A stretch of DNA of 22,321 bases from Paramoeba atlantica (lineage: Eukaryota; Protista; Discosea): contig CDRNVI010000135.1 in assembly GCA_977017575.1 (NCBI GenBank), forward strand, positions 1-22,321, given 5' to 3'. Made by a program: the position numbers and the translations under genes. Positions 20,939-22,321 of the stretch are shown piece after piece. A model generated the notes under the pieces. That model had not been told where the DNA came from. It did not search any database and was given only the letters and a program-made list of their open reading frames with translations. How positions within the stretch are numbered: the first letter of the stretch is position 1; each line of letters starts with the position of its first letter.

Positions 20939-21011
20939 TGTGGAGAATTGGGTTTGAACCAATGACCTAAAGCTTTTCAGGCTTTCGCTCTACCTACTGA
21001 GCTACCCCCAA
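20939..21011 (-). tRNA. trnF: tRNA-Phe(GAA)
   Basis: D-arm GCTCAGTAGGTAGAGC; anticodon arm AAAGC-CTGAAAA-GCTTT; T-arm ATTGG-TTCAAAC-CCAAT; 73 nt; U1xC72 mismatch. Confidence 0.95.
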
Positions 21012-21044
21012 AAACTTTTTTTAATTACAAATTATTTTTTTATA

Positions 21045-21133
21045 AGGTAAGTATGGGATTCGAACCCATGATATTATATGAATAATATATCGATTTAGCA
21101 GATCGACACCTTCAACCACTCGGTCAACTCACC
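21045..21133 (-). tRNA. trnS: tRNA-Ser(GCU), type II with long variable arm
   Basis: Acceptor GGTGAGT/ACTTACC; anticodon arm TCGAT-CTGCTAA-ATCGA; T-arm ATGGG-TTCGAAT-CCCAT; AT-rich variable arm. Confidence 0.95.
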
Positions 21134-21139
21134 TAAAAT

Positions 21140-21257
21140 ATGATTTGTATTAATATAAATTATACACTCTTATAAAAAAATTTTTACGAGAATATAATTT
21201 AATATATAATATTTTAAAGGGTTCGATAAGCTTACCTTTAAAAAAAATATAAATTTA
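21140..21257 (-). ncRNA. Candidate highly AU-rich 5S(-like) rRNA
   Basis: About 118 nt directly 3' of rns. Two long stem-loops; the first has a 13-14 nt loop ending in CGAAC like 5S loop C. Terminal helix I is not clearly resolved. Confidence 0.45.
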
Positions 21258-22321
21258 TTTTCCATCCAGCGCAGGTTCCCCTACCACTACCATGTTACGA
21301 CTTCACCCTGATTACTATCAATACATTCAAATTAAATAATTAATAATATTTTATTAAAAATTAATTATCTCCAATAGATTAAAAATAATTAATAAATATA
21401 AATTATTAATTATAATTTTTCCAATATTAACAACTTTCTTGGCGTGACGGGCAGTGTGTACTAGATTTGGATCCCATTTCACCGAAACATTCTAATTTTC
21501 GATTACTGACGATTTCAACTTCATATTTTTATTTTCAAAAAATAATCCGAACTATAATAATCTTTATAATTTAAATAAATTTCACAATTTATTTTTTTTT
21601 TGTAATTATTTTTGTAACACGTGTGTAGCCCAATTCATCAGGGCCATACCTACTTGACGTCCTCCTCTATTTCATTTAATATATAATTAATAATACAATA
21701 TAATAAAATATAATAATATAACATATAATAATATAACATATAATAATATAATAATATATCATATATTTTATTATATTGTAAGGATTACACTCGTTACAGG
21801 ACCTAACCATACATATCACTACACGAGCTGACGACAGCCATGCGACACCTGCTTAAAAAAATTATATAAAGTTTACTATATTTATTATAATTTTTTTCAA
21901 TCTAGAATTGGTAAGATTTTATGCGTTATATCAGATTAAACCACATGTTCCACCGTTCGTACCAAATCTCAGCCACTTTCTTTGAGTTCAAATCTTGCGA
22001 TCATACTCCCCAGGCGGGATGCTTACGCGTTAGCTAAACCACAAAAATATTTCCTACAGTTAGCATCCATCGTTGTCTGTATGGACTACAAGGGTCTCTA
22101 ATCCTCTTTGATACCCATACCTTCGTACTTTAGTGTCAGTATAAATCTAATATATAGCTTTCACCTTCTGATAGTCTCCATAGTATCATAAAATTTCACC
22201 TTTCCTCTATGAATACTATATATCTGAATAATACTCTTAGTTTACTAATATATAATTTATTCATTATTACTAATAACGCCTTTAAAATTATATTATTAAA
22301 AAATAAACCACTTATCATACG
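21258..22321 (-). rRNA. rns: Mitochondrial small-subunit rRNA, 3' two-thirds (runs off window end)
   Basis: Near-universal motifs GGATTAGAGACCCTTGTAGTCC, CCGCCTGGGGAGTA, GCATGGCTGTCGTCAGCTCGTG, GTACACACTGCCCGTCA, GAAGTCGTAACATGGTA. Apparent compensatory change in helix 28 (U925:A1391, E. coli numbering). No anti-SD CCUCC tail. Confidence 0.97.
21711..21750 (+). repeat. Tandem 15-nt repeat (TAATAATATAACATA x2 plus partial) in an rns expansion segment
   Basis: Exact copies at 21711-21725 and 21726-21740, partial at 21741-21750, within the AT-rich V7 region. Confidence 0.8.

Larger units (their letters stand above)
2488..22321 (-). other. Segment of a gene-rich protist (amoebozoan-like) mitochondrial genome, genetic code 4 (UGA=Trp)
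   Basis: nad/atp/cob/rpl/rps/rns/tRNA genes all on one strand. TGA at invariant Trp sites: nad5 GWEGVG, cob PEWY and WGGF, nad7 NRIWKQR, nad3 YEW, terminal SW* of rps14. Confidence 0.97.

Noticed and set aside
2488-22321. Interpretation as a reduced bacterial (Mycoplasma-like or insect-symbiont) genome using UGA=Trp
   Set aside because: Gene set and forms (MPQLD-type atp8, cob, nad7/nad9 without a nuo operon, patchy ribosomal cluster, rns without anti-SD) are mitochondrial.
5927-22321. Group I/II introns or homing endonucleases in cob, nad7 or rns; CRISPR arrays or IS elements anywhere in the window
   Set aside because: cob and nad7 are uninterrupted. No LAGLIDADG, GIY-YIG, RT or transposase motifs, and no repeat-spacer arrays, were seen.

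Overview
This window is a composite of two genomes. Bases 1 to ~2487 are moderately GC bacterial DNA in the standard code: a partial hypothetical gene, an intact pyrC, and a divergently transcribed signal-peptide outer-membrane protein resembling the Legionellales/Coxiella LbtU-like porins. That gene is cut off at ~2487-2490 and abuts, with no linker, the interior of nad5 from a very AT-rich, gene-rich protist mitochondrial genome (amoebozoan-like) that fills the rest of the window. All mitochondrial genes lie on the minus strand and read UGA as Trp, so the supplied ORF track fragments most of them. Re-reading by hand in code 4 gives, in transcription order: rns (partial), a candidate 5S-like RNA, trnS(GCU), trnF(GAA), rps11, orf107, nad9, nad7, rpl11, a possible rpl10, rps12, rps7, rpl2, rps19, rps3, rpl16, rpl14, rpl5, rps14, rps8, rpl6, orf62, rps13, a hidden Lys/Asn-rich ORF of at least 1084 aa, atp8, cob, atp4-like, nad3, atp6, nad4L and nad5 (truncated). 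The most likely explanation of the join is a host/endosymbiont chimeric read or misassembly; real integration cannot be excluded from sequence alone. The best biological leads are the implied amoeba-bacterium pairing, the giant ORF, the 5S-like RNA, a native G143A-type cytochrome b, and a tRNA-Phe predicted to need 5' editing. All translations and alignments were done by eye; no searches were run.
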